Below, one piece after another: positions 31,945-41,921 of a DNA stretch of 59,136 nucleotides. The notes under the pieces are model-generated. The model was not told the origin of the DNA. It made no database searches and saw nothing but the letters and a program-made list of their open reading frames with translations. The DNA is from Coleofasciculus sp. B1-GNL1-01 (GTDB taxonomy: Bacteria; Cyanobacteriota; Cyanobacteriia; Cyanobacteriales; Coleofasciculaceae). A program made the translations under genes and the position numbers. Position 1 is the stretch's first letter, and every line of letters begins with the position of its first letter. The stretch lies in assembly GCA_040220235.1 (NCBI GenBank), contig JAVJTO010000021.1. One strand, given 5' to 3'.

Positions 31945-34587
31945 TCAGCTTTTGGGTCCTAACAATGAGCTAATCTGCATCACTGACGTGCCTAATCCTG
32001 TGGGAAGACTGGGTAAACTCTCCGCCTCTGGCTCCGCCTCTGTTTCTGGCTGGGGAGTCTCGGCTAAACTGGCGGCAATCTGCATCACTGACGTGCCTAA
32101 TCCTGTGGGAAGACTGGGTAAACTCTCCGCCTCTGGCTCCGCCTCTGTTTCTGGCTGGGGAGTCTCGGCTAAACTGGCGGCAATCTGCATGGCTGAGGTG
32201 CCTAATCCTGTGGGAAGACTAGGTAAACTCTCCACCTCTGGCTCCGCTTCTGTTTCTGGCTGGGGAGTCTCAGCTAAACTGGCGGCAATCTGCATGGCTG
32301 AGGTGCCTAATCCTGTGGGAAGACTAGGTAAACTCTCCACCTCTGGCTCCGCCTCGGTGTCTGGCTGGGGAATACCGACCGAACTCAACAACGATGTTAT
32401 CCGTGCGGCTGAACAACCTAAAGCGGTAGGCACATTGAACAAGTTCCTGGGGCTGGGATCTCGTTTAAATTCAAATTCTTTGTAGTAGTCGGAACCCAAG
32501 AACCATTTGGACAGACCAGACATCATGATCTGTAGTTGTTCAACATAGCTAAAGAGCAGCTCGCGATTCCTTGCATCTAAGTCAAAGTCCTCACAGAGCG
32601 CTGGGAGTTCGGTGGCGACGATGTGTTCAAACTCACGCACCCGCGCCGTGATCAGGTTGTTAACAATCTCAACCGCTTGTGCTACATCACAGTCAAGAAA
32701 ATGCTGAGTGATCAACACGCTATTGAAGAGTATGCCTTCAGATTCCATTTCTTTCTGATAGGATACGATGTCATTGACTAAACCAGAAACATTGGCAGCC
32801 ACTTTATGCATGCTTTGTACTAGTTGAGTGTCATAAAGCTCAGGGGGCATTTTCTCACCTTGGTTCAAGAGCATCACGAAATCAAAACCAAATGTCTTGC
32901 CGCTTGTCTCGATATAATCGATTGGGTCGGGGATACGATTTTGTGCCTGGTGGTCAAGTTGCCACGCCCAACTTTCAAATATTTTTACGAGGGAGCCCCT
33001 CATCTCCTCCTTGTCCTCGGCAGACAAAAAAGAAGTCATTCTCTGCCATAGATACACTAAACCACGTTCCGATGGGTTAGTTGGCATCAACATCGGACCA
33101 GAGTCGCTAGCGATCAATGCCAATAGTCGAGCCAGGTACACTCTACCCCCCACTATGTTGCGGGTCGCTAAGTAGCGTCCCTCAAATACACCATCAATGT
33201 AAAAACCCCAAACCTGGCCTTTTGCCGCCAGCTCATAGACAGCTTGGGGAGCATCCGGATAAATTAATGCAGACATCAACGCCACATCGATCGCATCAAA
33301 CTTCTGTTCATCCCAGAAACTGATGCCAGGAATACCGATCATTCCCATTTCGTAAGCCCATTCCTTAGATGTCCGTCGCCCTTCTTCTAGGTGCGGATTC
33401 AATCTTGTCGAAAAGGGCATATAAAACTCGGGTAGGGGCGTTTTTCCCACCGTCTGGAAAGGAATATAATTATAAGTTCTTACCCTTAGTCCCATCGCCG
33501 CCGGCGATAAGCCTATACGCGCAGCTGCCGTACCCAAGCCTTTGGGGCCTCCGAGTGCCGATTCCTTTTTCGATTCGGCGGGTAGGTATCGACCTCCGGG
33601 TCGGAGTTCCCACTCCAGATCCCCAGCCATCCAGTCTTGCAGTGCTTTCACATAGCGAAATACCCGGTATCGTGCCTCACTATCCAACCTATACTCATCC
33701 AATAGTGGGGGTAGTTCCACCGTCATGGTATTCTCGAACAGGAATAGTCGTGAAGTAACCAAGTCATTGACGACGTTAACAGCTTCCTGGATCTCCGTGT
33801 TGAAGAAGTGTTCCGCGACCACTACACAGTTATTGACCTTGCCGTCATCAATATCCTTCTGGTAGGAAATGATATCGTTGCGTAGACCGACGCTATCCGC
33901 GTAGGTGTCATTGAGTACCTGGATCGGTCGCTTGTCATAGAGCTCTGGTGGAATCTCAACCGTTAGGGAATGTTCGACCAAGTCGGCCGACCAAAACACC
34001 CCGCCTATCTGACGGCGCAGCGCGATGTATTCAACTGGATCGAGTATCCACTCCTGGTTATTGCCCGTGTTGAACAGTTCTCGTAGGTTGGCTTCTGCCA
34101 TGACTCGGATGTGTTCAACAAACCGCTGTCGCCACTGCACTGACATCGTTGGTGCGGTACGAGGCCACAGATCTGCTAGGGCGTATTCAGTCGGGTTCTG
34201 GGACTCCGGTATAGGAGTGGCTAGATCGCTGGGCATAAAGGACAGCAGTCGAGTCAAATACGCCTTTGCCTCTTTTATATCTGAACTTCCACCCTCGAAT
34301 GTTCGCGGAAAGTAGTCATCGACAAACCACCCCCAAACATACCAATCGCTGAGTAAGTCCAACTCCGGTGCCGGTGCATCTGGGTGAGTGGCAGCGGCAA
34401 AGCCGGCGAAATCCATCGCCTCAAAGGTTTCTTCATCCCATACGGTATCCTCATCCGAGCTGAGGATGCCCATCCGATACGCCCATTCCTTGCAGTGTAG
34501 GCGTGCCCCCTGTACATTGGGGTTCACACGCGCGGGCCAAGGCATATAAAAATCCGGTAATTCAAAGGGTAGCTGGCTTGATGTCAT
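31945..34587 (-). CDS. Two-domain germacradienol/geosmin synthase-like terpene cyclase with a repetitive C-terminal tail
   Basis: PFELPDFYMPWPARVNP start; N-domain DDYFP, NDIISYQKD and GRY; C-domain PEFYMPF, RIPDPIDYIE, NDIVSYQKE, with a degenerate Asp-rich motif (DGVFE). Confidence 0.85.
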   Translation of the reverse strand: MTSSQLPFELPDFYMPWPARVNPNVQGARLHCKEWAYRMGILSSDEDTVWDEETFEAMDFAGFAAATHPDAPAPELDLLSDWYVWGWFVDDYFPRTFEGGSSDIKEAKAYLTRLLSFMPSDLATPIPESQNPTEYALADLWPRTAPTMSVQWRQRFVEHIRVMAEANLRELFNTGNNQEWILDPVEYIALRRQIGGVFWSADLVEHSLTVEIPPELYDKRPIQVLNDTYADSVGLRNDIISYQKDIDDGKVNNCVVVAEHFFNTEIQEAVNVVNDLVTSRLFLFENTMTVELPPLLDEYRLDSEARYRVFRYVKALQDWMAGDLEWELRPGGRYLPAESKKESALGGPKGLGTAAARIGLSPAAMGLRVRTYNYIPFQTVGKTPLPEFYMPFSTRLNPHLEEGRRTSKEWAYEMGMIGIPGISFWDEQKFDAIDVALMSALIYPDAPQAVYELAAKGQVWGFYIDGVFEGRYLATRNIVGGRVYLARLLALIASDSGPMLMPTNPSERGLVYLWQRMTSFLSAEDKEEMRGSLVKIFESWAWQLDHQAQNRIPDPIDYIETSGKTFGFDFVMLLNQGEKMPPELYDTQLVQSMHKVAANVSGLVNDIVSYQKEMESEGILFNSVLITQHFLDCDVAQAVEIVNNLITARVREFEHIVATELPALCEDFDLDARNRELLFSYVEQLQIMMSGLSKWFLGSDYYKEFEFKRDPSPRNLFNVPTALGCSAARITSLLSSVGIPQPDTEAEPEVESLPSLPTGLGTSAMQIAASLAETPQPETEAEPEVESLPSLPTGLGTSAMQIAASLAETPQPETEAEPEAESLPSLPTGLGTSVMQIAASLAETPQPETEAEPEAESLPSLPTGLGTSVMQISSLLGPKS
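31973..32370 (-). repeat. Four near-identical 105-bp (35-aa) coding tandem repeats
   Basis: TCCTGTGGGAAGACT recurs at 31996, 32101, 32206 and 32311; unit SLAETPQPETEAEPE(V/A)ESLPSLPTGLGTS(A/V)MQIAA. Confidence 0.95.
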
Positions 34588-35150
34588 TGTTCATTTACGC
34601 TTATTTGCTGAAAATTGTTGTTACGCCTGGGTGGAAGTTCAATGAATTGGATAGCTATAGTAAATTTTGATATAAGATAGTCGTCTTATACCTTGTCTTC
34701 AACACTTCATAAAAAACCTGCCAAAACTGGCGATTAGCACGGTTTCGATTGGTTCACAGCTAGCTAGTTAGGCTGGCTTGACTCAATTAGGCAGTTTTAA
34801 AGTAACACTGATTCTTTAAATAAATGATTATGCTATCGCTTAGTACAAAATTACTAAAACCCGTCTAATGGCTGATAATCACCAGAAAAAAACACCTAAT
34901 TTTTATCTCAGTAGCCATAGTATCTCAAATCATTGAGTCTAATTTTTTTGTCATAAAACTTAACCAGTTGGGCAACGTGGTTCAGCTGTGGCGTTTTGAC
35001 GTTAAAACATTGTTAATTTTCTCCAAGCCCATTGCCCTTTTGTGCTTAATTGAACAGACCATAGGGGAACAGGTAAAGGTTTGGGAACCAAACCCCTACT
35101 CAGATACAATAAAGGGCTGTAGAGAAAACGGTATCAGGAGAAAAACACGA

Positions 35151-35888
35151 GTGCTAACCCTTGGCGTCAACATTGACCACATCGCCACCATTCGACAGGC
35201 GCGGCGCACTGTGGAACCCGATCCGGTGGCGGCGGCGGTGTTAGCTGAATTAGCGGGTGCGGATGGGATTACTGCCCACCTGCGGGAAGATCGACGCCAT
35301 ATCCAAGATCGGGATATCCGACTCTTGCGTCAGACGGTGCGAACTCACTTAAATATGGAAATGGCACCAACAGAAGAAATGATCGCGATCGCACTCGATA
35401 TTAAACCGGATTATATTACCCTAGTTCCAGAACGGCGGGAGGAAGTCACAACCGAGGGAGGATTGGATATTGCGGGTCAAAAATCCCGCCTGGGTGAAGT
35501 GGTGACTCAGTTGCAAGATGCCGGGATTCCCGTTAGTCTATTTATCGATGCTGATCCTGCCCAGATCCAAGCATCGGCGGCAATTAACGCTAAGTTTATT
35601 GAACTGCATACAGGTTCCTATGCAGAAGCCAAAGACGAAGCCAGTCGCCAAACGCAACTGGATCTGTTAGCCAAAGGATGCCAAGATGCGATCGCGGCTG
35701 GGTTGCGTGTGAATGCAGGTCATGGTTTAACCTATTGGAATGTTTACCCAGTGGCTTGTTTACCCGGTATGGAAGAACTTAATATTGGTCATAGCATCAT
35801 CGCACGAGCGTCGCTAGTTGGATTAGAACGAGCCGTTCGAGAGATGAAACAAGTAATGGGGGGAAGGGTAGAGGGTTATCATCAATAG
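35151..35888 (+). CDS. pdxJ: Pyridoxine 5'-phosphate synthase
   Basis: [43 protein letters not shown] start at 35151 after AGGAG. Confidence 0.95.
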   Translation: MLTLGVNIDHIATIRQARRTVEPDPVAAAVLAELAGADGITAHLREDRRHIQDRDIRLLRQTVRTHLNMEMAPTEEMIAIALDIKPDYITLVPERREEVTTEGGLDIAGQKSRLGEVVTQLQDAGIPVSLFIDADPAQIQASAAINAKFIELHTGSYAEAKDEASRQTQLDLLAKGCQDAIAAGLRVNAGHGLTYWNVYPVACLPGMEELNIGHSIIARASLVGLERAVREMKQVMGGRVEGYHQ

Positions 35889-35975
35889 CGAAACGCAATT
35901 TCTTAAGTCTAACCCAATAAACCATGCCTTCGAGCGCAGCCAAGGAGCAAAACCCAAAACGCTCTCACGCTTATC

Positions 35976-36035
35976 GGGGCGGGTTTAGTCACATCTGGGT
36001 CAAAAAGAGATGATAGCCGTGAAACCCGCCCCTAC
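35976..36035. repeat. REPIN element
   Basis: GGGGCGGGTTTAGTCACATCTGGG...GTGAAACCCGCCCCTAC. Confidence 0.8.
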
Positions 36036-36070
36036 ACACTCAAAACGTTCCCAATCACCCAATTAAAACG

Positions 36071-36400
36071 ATGCAAACCTATTACTATCTAGTCGCCAGT
36101 CAGCGCTTCTTACTTGAAGAAGAACCCTTTGAAGAAGTTCTCAGAGAACGCACCAAAGATTACCAAGATAAAGGAAAAGAAATTGACTTTTGGCTAGTCA
36201 AACAACCCGCATTTTTAGAAGCACCAGAAATGGCGTCAGTCAAACAAGACTGTCCTAAACCCGCCGTCGCTGTTATTTCAACCAACCCCAAATTTATCAC
36301 CTGGTTAAAGCTGCGCTTAGAATTCGTCAAAACTGGAGAATTTAAGGCTCCATCGGATACAATTCCTGACCCGATCGCGTCCCTAGCATCCATATCATAA
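36071..36400 (+). CDS. ycf54: Ycf54, Mg-protoporphyrin monomethyl ester cyclase accessory protein
   Basis: YYYLVASQRFLLEEEP.EEVL.ER...EIDFWLV..PAFL...FITWLKLRLEFV. Confidence 0.92.
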   Translation: MQTYYYLVASQRFLLEEEPFEEVLRERTKDYQDKGKEIDFWLVKQPAFLEAPEMASVKQDCPKPAVAVISTNPKFITWLKLRLEFVKTGEFKAPSDTIPDPIASLASIS

Positions 36401-36425
36401 ACGAGGATTTCCGTCAACCCCAATC

Positions 36426-36887
36426 CTAAAAACAATAAGCTGGGGCAGCTAACCAAGAAATCAGTACCCCTAAGATTGAACCCACAATCACTTGAAAGGG
36501 GGTATGTCCCAGCAATTCTTTGAGGCGATCCTCATTAAACTCCTTGCCTTCTTGGAATAACTCATCAATAATTTGATTCAGGATACGAGCTTGCTTGCCA
36601 GCCGCTTGTCGAACCCCGGCAGCATCATACATCACAATCACAGCAAAAATCGTCGCGATCGCAAAATCAGGAGACGCCCATCCCATTGTTTGTCCCACAC
36701 CCGCAGCCAGGGCGGTAACTAGGGCTGAATGAGCGCTAGGCATCCCGCCAGTCGTCACCAAGGTGCGGATATTAAATTTCCGATCTTTTGTTAACTCGAC
36801 CAGTAGCTTAAGGAGTTGAGCCACTAAACAAGCAATCAGCGCAACCAGTAGGACCTGGTTGTTTAGGATATTGCCAAAATCCTGCAT
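36426..36887 (-). CDS. Divergent PAP2 family protein (DUF212)
   Basis: GGMPSAHSA, VMYDAAGVR..AG.QA, LKELLGHTP.QV. Confidence 0.92.
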   Translation of the reverse strand: MQDFGNILNNQVLLVALIACLVAQLLKLLVELTKDRKFNIRTLVTTGGMPSAHSALVTALAAGVGQTMGWASPDFAIATIFAVIVMYDAAGVRQAAGKQARILNQIIDELFQEGKEFNEDRLKELLGHTPFQVIVGSILGVLISWLAAPAYCF

Positions 36888-37012
36888 CGTGTTTCAGTTA
36901 AAATTGGTTGTTGATCAACGGATGTTTGAGCAGTTACAAATCACCCCATTACAAGGAATTGCTCTTGAATACCCTGTTCCCTGCTCCCTGTTCCCTATTC
37001 CCTGATAAAAAA

Positions 37013-37942
37013 CTAATACGTCCGTGCGGTAATAAAATCAGCCAGAGCAATTAAGGGTTGAGAACGTTCCCCAAATGGTTCAAGTTGGACTTTGGCATCT
37101 TCAATCAACGCTTGAGCTTTAGCTTTAGAAGCCTCTAGTCCCCAGAGGCTAGGATAGGTGGCTTTCTGGGCTTGCAGGTCTTTTCCAGCCGTTTTGCCTA
37201 ATTCCTCCTGAGTGGCGGTGATGTCCAGAATATCATCAATAATTTGGAACGCTAAACCAATATTTTGTGCATAGCGAGACAGACGTTCTATCTCCGCATC
37301 GGTTGCACCCGCTAAAATTCCACCACAGACAACACAGCTTTCCAACAACGCTCCGGTTTTATGGGTGTGAATGTAATTGAGAGTTTCCGCTTGAATATCC
37401 GATTTTCCCTCACATTCCAAATCAACCACCTGACCCCCAACCAATCCAGCCGCGCTCAATGTCCGACCTAAACGAGCAATCACCCGCAACACCCGCTCGG
37501 CTGGAACTCCCTGGGTTTGGGTGGCAACATATTCAAAGGAATAAGCCAGCAAACCATCGCCAGCGAGAATCGCCATATCCTCACCATAAACCTTATGATT
37601 GGTGAGTTTACCCCGACGGTAGTCATCGTTATCCATAGCGGGAAGGTCATCATGGATTAACGACATGGTGTGGAGCATTTCCAGGGCGCAGGCGGTTGGC
37701 ATTGCCATCTCCATCGTGCCACCCATCAGTTCACAGGTTGCCAGACAAAGAATCGGACGTAACCGTTTCCCTCCAGCTAAGAGGGAATAGCGCATTGCCT
37801 CATAAATCTTTTCCGGATAACCTAGGGGCAAAGAACGGTCTAAAGCTGCCTCCACTTGAGCTTTCCGCTCTTTTAAATAGGTTGATAAATCAAAGGCTGG
37901 GGATTCCCCATTGGGGGAAGGTCGCCCATCTGTTGCTACCAT
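37013..37942 (-). CDS. crtE: Geranylgeranyl diphosphate synthase
   Basis: [38 protein letters not shown]. Confidence 0.93.
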   Translation of the reverse strand: MVATDGRPSPNGESPAFDLSTYLKERKAQVEAALDRSLPLGYPEKIYEAMRYSLLAGGKRLRPILCLATCELMGGTMEMAMPTACALEMLHTMSLIHDDLPAMDNDDYRRGKLTNHKVYGEDMAILAGDGLLAYSFEYVATQTQGVPAERVLRVIARLGRTLSAAGLVGGQVVDLECEGKSDIQAETLNYIHTHKTGALLESCVVCGGILAGATDAEIERLSRYAQNIGLAFQIIDDILDITATQEELGKTAGKDLQAQKATYPSLWGLEASKAKAQALIEDAKVQLEPFGERSQPLIALADFITARTY

Positions 37943-38218
37943 GCCATTATTCCTTAAAATCGTCGTTTCATGGTCGTGAACTAGCCAGCGCTACCCTAAT
38001 CCTTTGCTCTTGGAGGTGAAGGTATAGCGTGGGCTTCTCGTTTCCCAGGGGAATGCCTCTCCCTGTTGCTGTGTTAACACTGGTTTTCTGCTGGGGTGTA
38101 AATCTGACTCATGAATTGTTTTGTACAATGTGTAATCACCTCTGGTTGTTGACAATAAAGACACAATGGGCTAAGCCCTTAATTCCCTTTCATCCTTTTC
38201 TGACCAGCCAAGGGGTTC

Positions 38219-39118
38219 TCAGCTTCTCAGTTGTTTTTGATAGCTCAAAAGAGTATTATGCAATAACATCGTTACCGTCATCGGTCCAACGCCACCAGGA
38301 ACCGGGGTGATAAATTGAGTCATATCCCGAACGGCGGCAAAATCCACATCACCCACGAGACGGGATTTTCCTTGAGTATCGGTGACGCGATTTATACCCA
38401 CATCAATCACAATGGCATTCGGTTTAACCTGATCAGCAGTAATTAAATTAGGGCATCCGGCAGCAGTAATCAAGATATCCGCCTGACGAATCAGTTCAGG
38501 CAAATTTTGGGTTCGCAAATGGGCAACCGTAACCGTAGCATCAGCTTCGAGTAACATTAGCGCCATTGGCTTGCCTACTAAAATACTCCGCCCCACGACA
38601 ACAGCATGTTTTCCGTTTACATCAATCTGGTACTCCCGCAACAGGCGCATCACTCCGGCTGGCGTGCAGCTACGCAGTCCCGTTTCACCTCGCACCAGAC
38701 GCCCTAAATTTAGGGGATGCAGTCCATCGACATCTTTATCAGGATCAATTTGGTGGAGTAAATAAACACCATTTAGGTGTTCGGGTAAAGGAAGTTGCAG
38801 GAGGATACCATCGACGTTTGAGTCTTGATTGAGGCGATGAATAGTTTTCTCGATCTCGGATTGAGAGACATCAGCCGGAAAATGTTGTCCAAAGGAGGCA
38901 ATCCCCACTTTGGCACAAGCACGTTCTTTATTCCGCACGTAGGCGGCGCTAGCGGGGTTATCGCCGACCATTAGCACCGCTAATCCAGGCGGGCGTCCGT
39001 ATTTTGATTTGAGCCGTTCTACTTCCGTTTTGAGCTGATCTTGAATGCGTTGAGCCAGGGCTTTGCCATCCAGTAACTGAGGGTAAACAGATTTCATCGG
39101 CAGGTTGAAAGACATCAA
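38219..39118 (-). CDS. folD: Methylenetetrahydrofolate dehydrogenase/cyclohydrolase
   Basis: [37 protein letters not shown]. Confidence 0.95.
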   Translation of the reverse strand: MMSFNLPMKSVYPQLLDGKALAQRIQDQLKTEVERLKSKYGRPPGLAVLMVGDNPASAAYVRNKERACAKVGIASFGQHFPADVSQSEIEKTIHRLNQDSNVDGILLQLPLPEHLNGVYLLHQIDPDKDVDGLHPLNLGRLVRGETGLRSCTPAGVMRLLREYQIDVNGKHAVVVGRSILVGKPMALMLLEADATVTVAHLRTQNLPELIRQADILITAAGCPNLITADQVKPNAIVIDVGINRVTDTQGKSRLVGDVDFAAVRDMTQFITPVPGGVGPMTVTMLLHNTLLSYQKQLRS

Positions 39119-39222
39119 AGGACTTTGATTATTGTACGGGTAGTGGTGTCACTGCCCAGTATTCAATTCTCAAGCATCTAAGCTATAACCAGGATGTAAA
39201 CCGTTTAGCGTGGGGAACAGTT

Positions 39223-39690
39223 ATGGCAATGTCTGCTCAAAACGACCATCGCTCACGCCTTTGCTCGTCAATTCCCACCCGCCAAAGGTCAACTATGTTT
39301 TATCTCCTGCCAATGTGTGCTTTGCTGTTTGGGGGAGGACTGGTCAGTTGTAGCAATGTCCCCCTGTTGGGTACTTCCAATGGTATGGGTAGCACTTATA
39401 CCGGAGATATCACCGCGATTAGTGAGATTCAATCTAATCAGAATGCCACAGACGTGGTTTACCTTCAAGGTCAAGTGACTAGCCAAGCACCCTTTCTGAA
39501 CTCCGGGGCTTATCAAGTACAGGATACCACGGGCAAAATTTGGGTCGTGAGTAATCAAGACCTTCCCAATGTGGGTGACCAAGTTTTAATTAGCGCACAG
39601 ATACAATTTCAAAGTATTCCCATCGGTGGACAGGAAATGGGTGAACTCTATCTTCAGGAAACCGAACAGATCGAACGGAAGGCTGAATAA
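39223..39690 (+). CDS. Putative OB-fold lipoprotein
   Basis: Lipobox-like GLVSC; V.L.G.V...APFL..GAYQ.QD.TG.IWV motif; start uncertain. Confidence 0.65.
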   Translation: MAMSAQNDHRSRLCSSIPTRQRSTMFYLLPMCALLFGGGLVSCSNVPLLGTSNGMGSTYTGDITAISEIQSNQNATDVVYLQGQVTSQAPFLNSGAYQVQDTTGKIWVVSNQDLPNVGDQVLISAQIQFQSIPIGGQEMGELYLQETEQIERKAE

Positions 39691-39737
39691 TTTGTCATCA
39701 GAAGCCAGTTACAACAACAGGGTATAAGCAGTGAATA

Positions 39738-40175
39738 ATGAAGAATCAATCCATTGAAGTCGCGATCGCGATTCTCTACCGTTCGGGACGGTTCCTGATG
39801 CAGCTTAGGAACGATATCCCTGGTATTCTTTATCCAGGGTGCTGGGGGTTCTTTGGCGGTCATCTTGAACCCGGAGAAACGCCAGAGGTGGGGATGCGGC
39901 GAGAATTACTCGAAGAAATTTCCTATTCTCCCCCCCAATTGGCGACGTTTGATTGCTATAATGATGCCCACGTCATTCGTCATATATTCCACGCCCCTTT
40001 AACGGTGGAATTGAATCAATTGGTACTACAAGAAGGCTGGGATCTGGGTTTATTGACGCCTGAAGATATAAAGGCAGGTCAGGCTTATTCGGAAGTAGCG
40101 GGTCAGGTACGTCCTCTAGGGCAACCTCACCAGACAATTTTATTAGATTTCTTGGCGAGGAAACCTTACCAATGA
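39738..40175 (+). CDS. NUDIX hydrolase
   Basis: GGHLEPGETPEVGMRRELLEE Nudix box. Confidence 0.9.
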   Translation: MKNQSIEVAIAILYRSGRFLMQLRNDIPGILYPGCWGFFGGHLEPGETPEVGMRRELLEEISYSPPQLATFDCYNDAHVIRHIFHAPLTVELNQLVLQEGWDLGLLTPEDIKAGQAYSEVAGQVRPLGQPHQTILLDFLARKPYQ

Positions 40176-41053
40176 CCCTGACGCGACTGCGATTGTCTCA
40201 TCTTTTACGTTTTAGCCGATATGCCAGCCTTTCGATGAAACTGATGGCGGTGGGGATAATTATCACCTTGGTGTTCATCCTCATCGCTATTTTCGCCCCA
40301 GCTTTTCAAGCATGGGGATGGCTGCAAGATCCCACCGCATCCTTGATTAACCCGATTCACGAACCTCCCGGTGGTGAACACTGGTTCGGTACGACACGCC
40401 AAGGGTATGATGTTTTCTCCCGCACCTTATTTGGTACTCAAGCGGCGTTAAAGGTGGTGATTCTAGCAACCAGCTTGAGTTTAATTATTGGTGTTCCCTT
40501 GGGGTTAATTAGTGGGTATCTCGGCGGTAGATTAGATCGGGTGTTGCTATTTTTGATGGATACGATCTATACCTTGCCAGGATTGCTGTTATCGATTACC
40601 TTAGCTTTTGTAGTTGGGCGAGGCGTCTTCAATGCCGCGATCGCACTGAGTATTTCTTACGTTCCTCAATATTATCGCGTTGTCCGTAACCATACCGTTA
40701 GCGTCAAAACGGAATTATTTATCGAAGCCGCGCAAGCGATGGGGGCTTCTCCTGGGCGGGTTCTTTCCCGTTATCTGTTTCTGAATGTGATTCAAAGCGT
40801 CCCGGTGTTATTTACCCTCAATGCGGCTGACGCTATTTTAATTTTAGGTGGATTGGGATTCTTGGGACTGGGACTCCCAGAAGAAACCCCAGAATGGGGA
40901 CATGATTTGCGTCAAGCGCTGGATGCTTTACCGACAGGGATTTGGTGGACAGCGTTATTTCCTGGTTTAGCGATGACATCAATGGTAGTTGGTTTATCGC
41001 TATTGGGAGAAGGGTTAACGGAGATTATTAATCCCCGTGGGCGAGAGGGGTGA
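40172..41053 (+). CDS. Oligopeptide/dipeptide ABC transporter permease (OppC/DppC family)
   Basis: HWFGT...G.DVFSR, EAAQAMGAS EAA loop, GLGFLGLG...PEWG. Confidence 0.9.
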   Translation: MTLTRLRLSHLLRFSRYASLSMKLMAVGIIITLVFILIAIFAPAFQAWGWLQDPTASLINPIHEPPGGEHWFGTTRQGYDVFSRTLFGTQAALKVVILATSLSLIIGVPLGLISGYLGGRLDRVLLFLMDTIYTLPGLLLSITLAFVVGRGVFNAAIALSISYVPQYYRVVRNHTVSVKTELFIEAAQAMGASPGRVLSRYLFLNVIQSVPVLFTLNAADAILILGGLGFLGLGLPEETPEWGHDLRQALDALPTGIWWTALFPGLAMTSMVVGLSLLGEGLTEIINPRGREG

Positions 41054-41125
41054 TGGGGGAGATGGGCGTGATGGGGAAGATGGGGGAGATGGGGGAGATG
41101 GAGGTAGTTACGCTAAACCTTAGTC

Positions 41126-41189
41126 AGGGCGGGTTTTGCACCAACGTTATCATCAATAGCGACAAGAAAGTCCCTAAACCCACCCCTAC
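41126..41189. repeat. REPIN element, preceded by GATGGGGGA short repeats
   Basis: AGGGCGGGTTTT...TAAACCCACCCCTAC. Confidence 0.7.
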
Positions 41190-41310
41190 AAATCAGGTTC
41201 CGTAGCGCAGCGAAGGGTCGAAACTTTCCCAGGAACCGGAAATCATCTCATTCTCGTCGAATAATGAAGACATAAGTTTTCAAAGCTGGGAATTCTACCA
41301 GCCAATTTCT

Positions 41311-41856
41311 ATGAAATTTATCCAACCCAAGTCTATACGTTTCGCCGCCATGAGTGGGTTACTACTCATTCCCCTGGCTAGTGCAGGGTTTTGGTGGACA
41401 AGTTCCGTTGCCCAACTGCCTCAACCCGCTAATATATCTCAAAATAACCCATCCCTCTCTCCTGTTCACCCCGATGAACCCGTTGACTATACCCTAAATG
41501 AACGCTTTTCTCTCTCCAACTCCCTCGGTATTGTTCAACAAATTAAAAATGCCCTGTCCAGCTTCCAGGAGTTAACCGAAACCAGCCAACCCATTTTAGG
41601 CGATCGCAAAATGGCGGAAATTGGTCATACTGACTGGGAAACGCAGCATCTCGGTTTTTCTAACTGGCTGGGTTCTGTAGAAGGCACGCTGAAAAAACAA
41701 GCGTATCAGATTGCTAAACTCGAATTTGAACTTGCCCAGAAACAATTCCAAGATGGCGAAATTACTCAAGCTGCTTTAGAACAGAAAGAAGCCAATTATC
41801 GCCGCGCTGAACAAGACTTCCAAGCGTTTTGGAATTCATTCAACATTGCTGATTAG
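41311..41856 (+). CDS. Secreted hypothetical protein
   Basis: Signal peptide, helical coiled-coil C-terminus. Confidence 0.7.
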   Translation: MKFIQPKSIRFAAMSGLLLIPLASAGFWWTSSVAQLPQPANISQNNPSLSPVHPDEPVDYTLNERFSLSNSLGIVQQIKNALSSFQELTETSQPILGDRKMAEIGHTDWETQHLGFSNWLGSVEGTLKKQAYQIAKLEFELAQKQFQDGEITQAALEQKEANYRRAEQDFQAFWNSFNIAD

Positions 41857-41921
41857 TATGGTTTAATATAGCCTGTTCCCCGTTCCCCGTTACCTGACGA
41901 ATGACGAATGACAAATGACAA

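Noticed and set aside
31922..32485. 187-aa repetitive plus-strand ORF; the 105-bp repeats as a possible CRISPR array
   Set aside because: Antisense shadow of the terpene synthase tail; the units are contiguous coding repeats with no unique spacers.
34968..35150. N-terminal extension of pdxJ
   Set aside because: PdxJ homology begins at [10 protein letters not shown], with an RBS before GTG 35151.
37013..37942. crtE as a dedicated precursor gene of the terpene/encapsulin cluster
   Set aside because: It sits in the ordinary folD-crtE-DUF212 housekeeping block and is separated from the cluster by pdxJ and ycf54.
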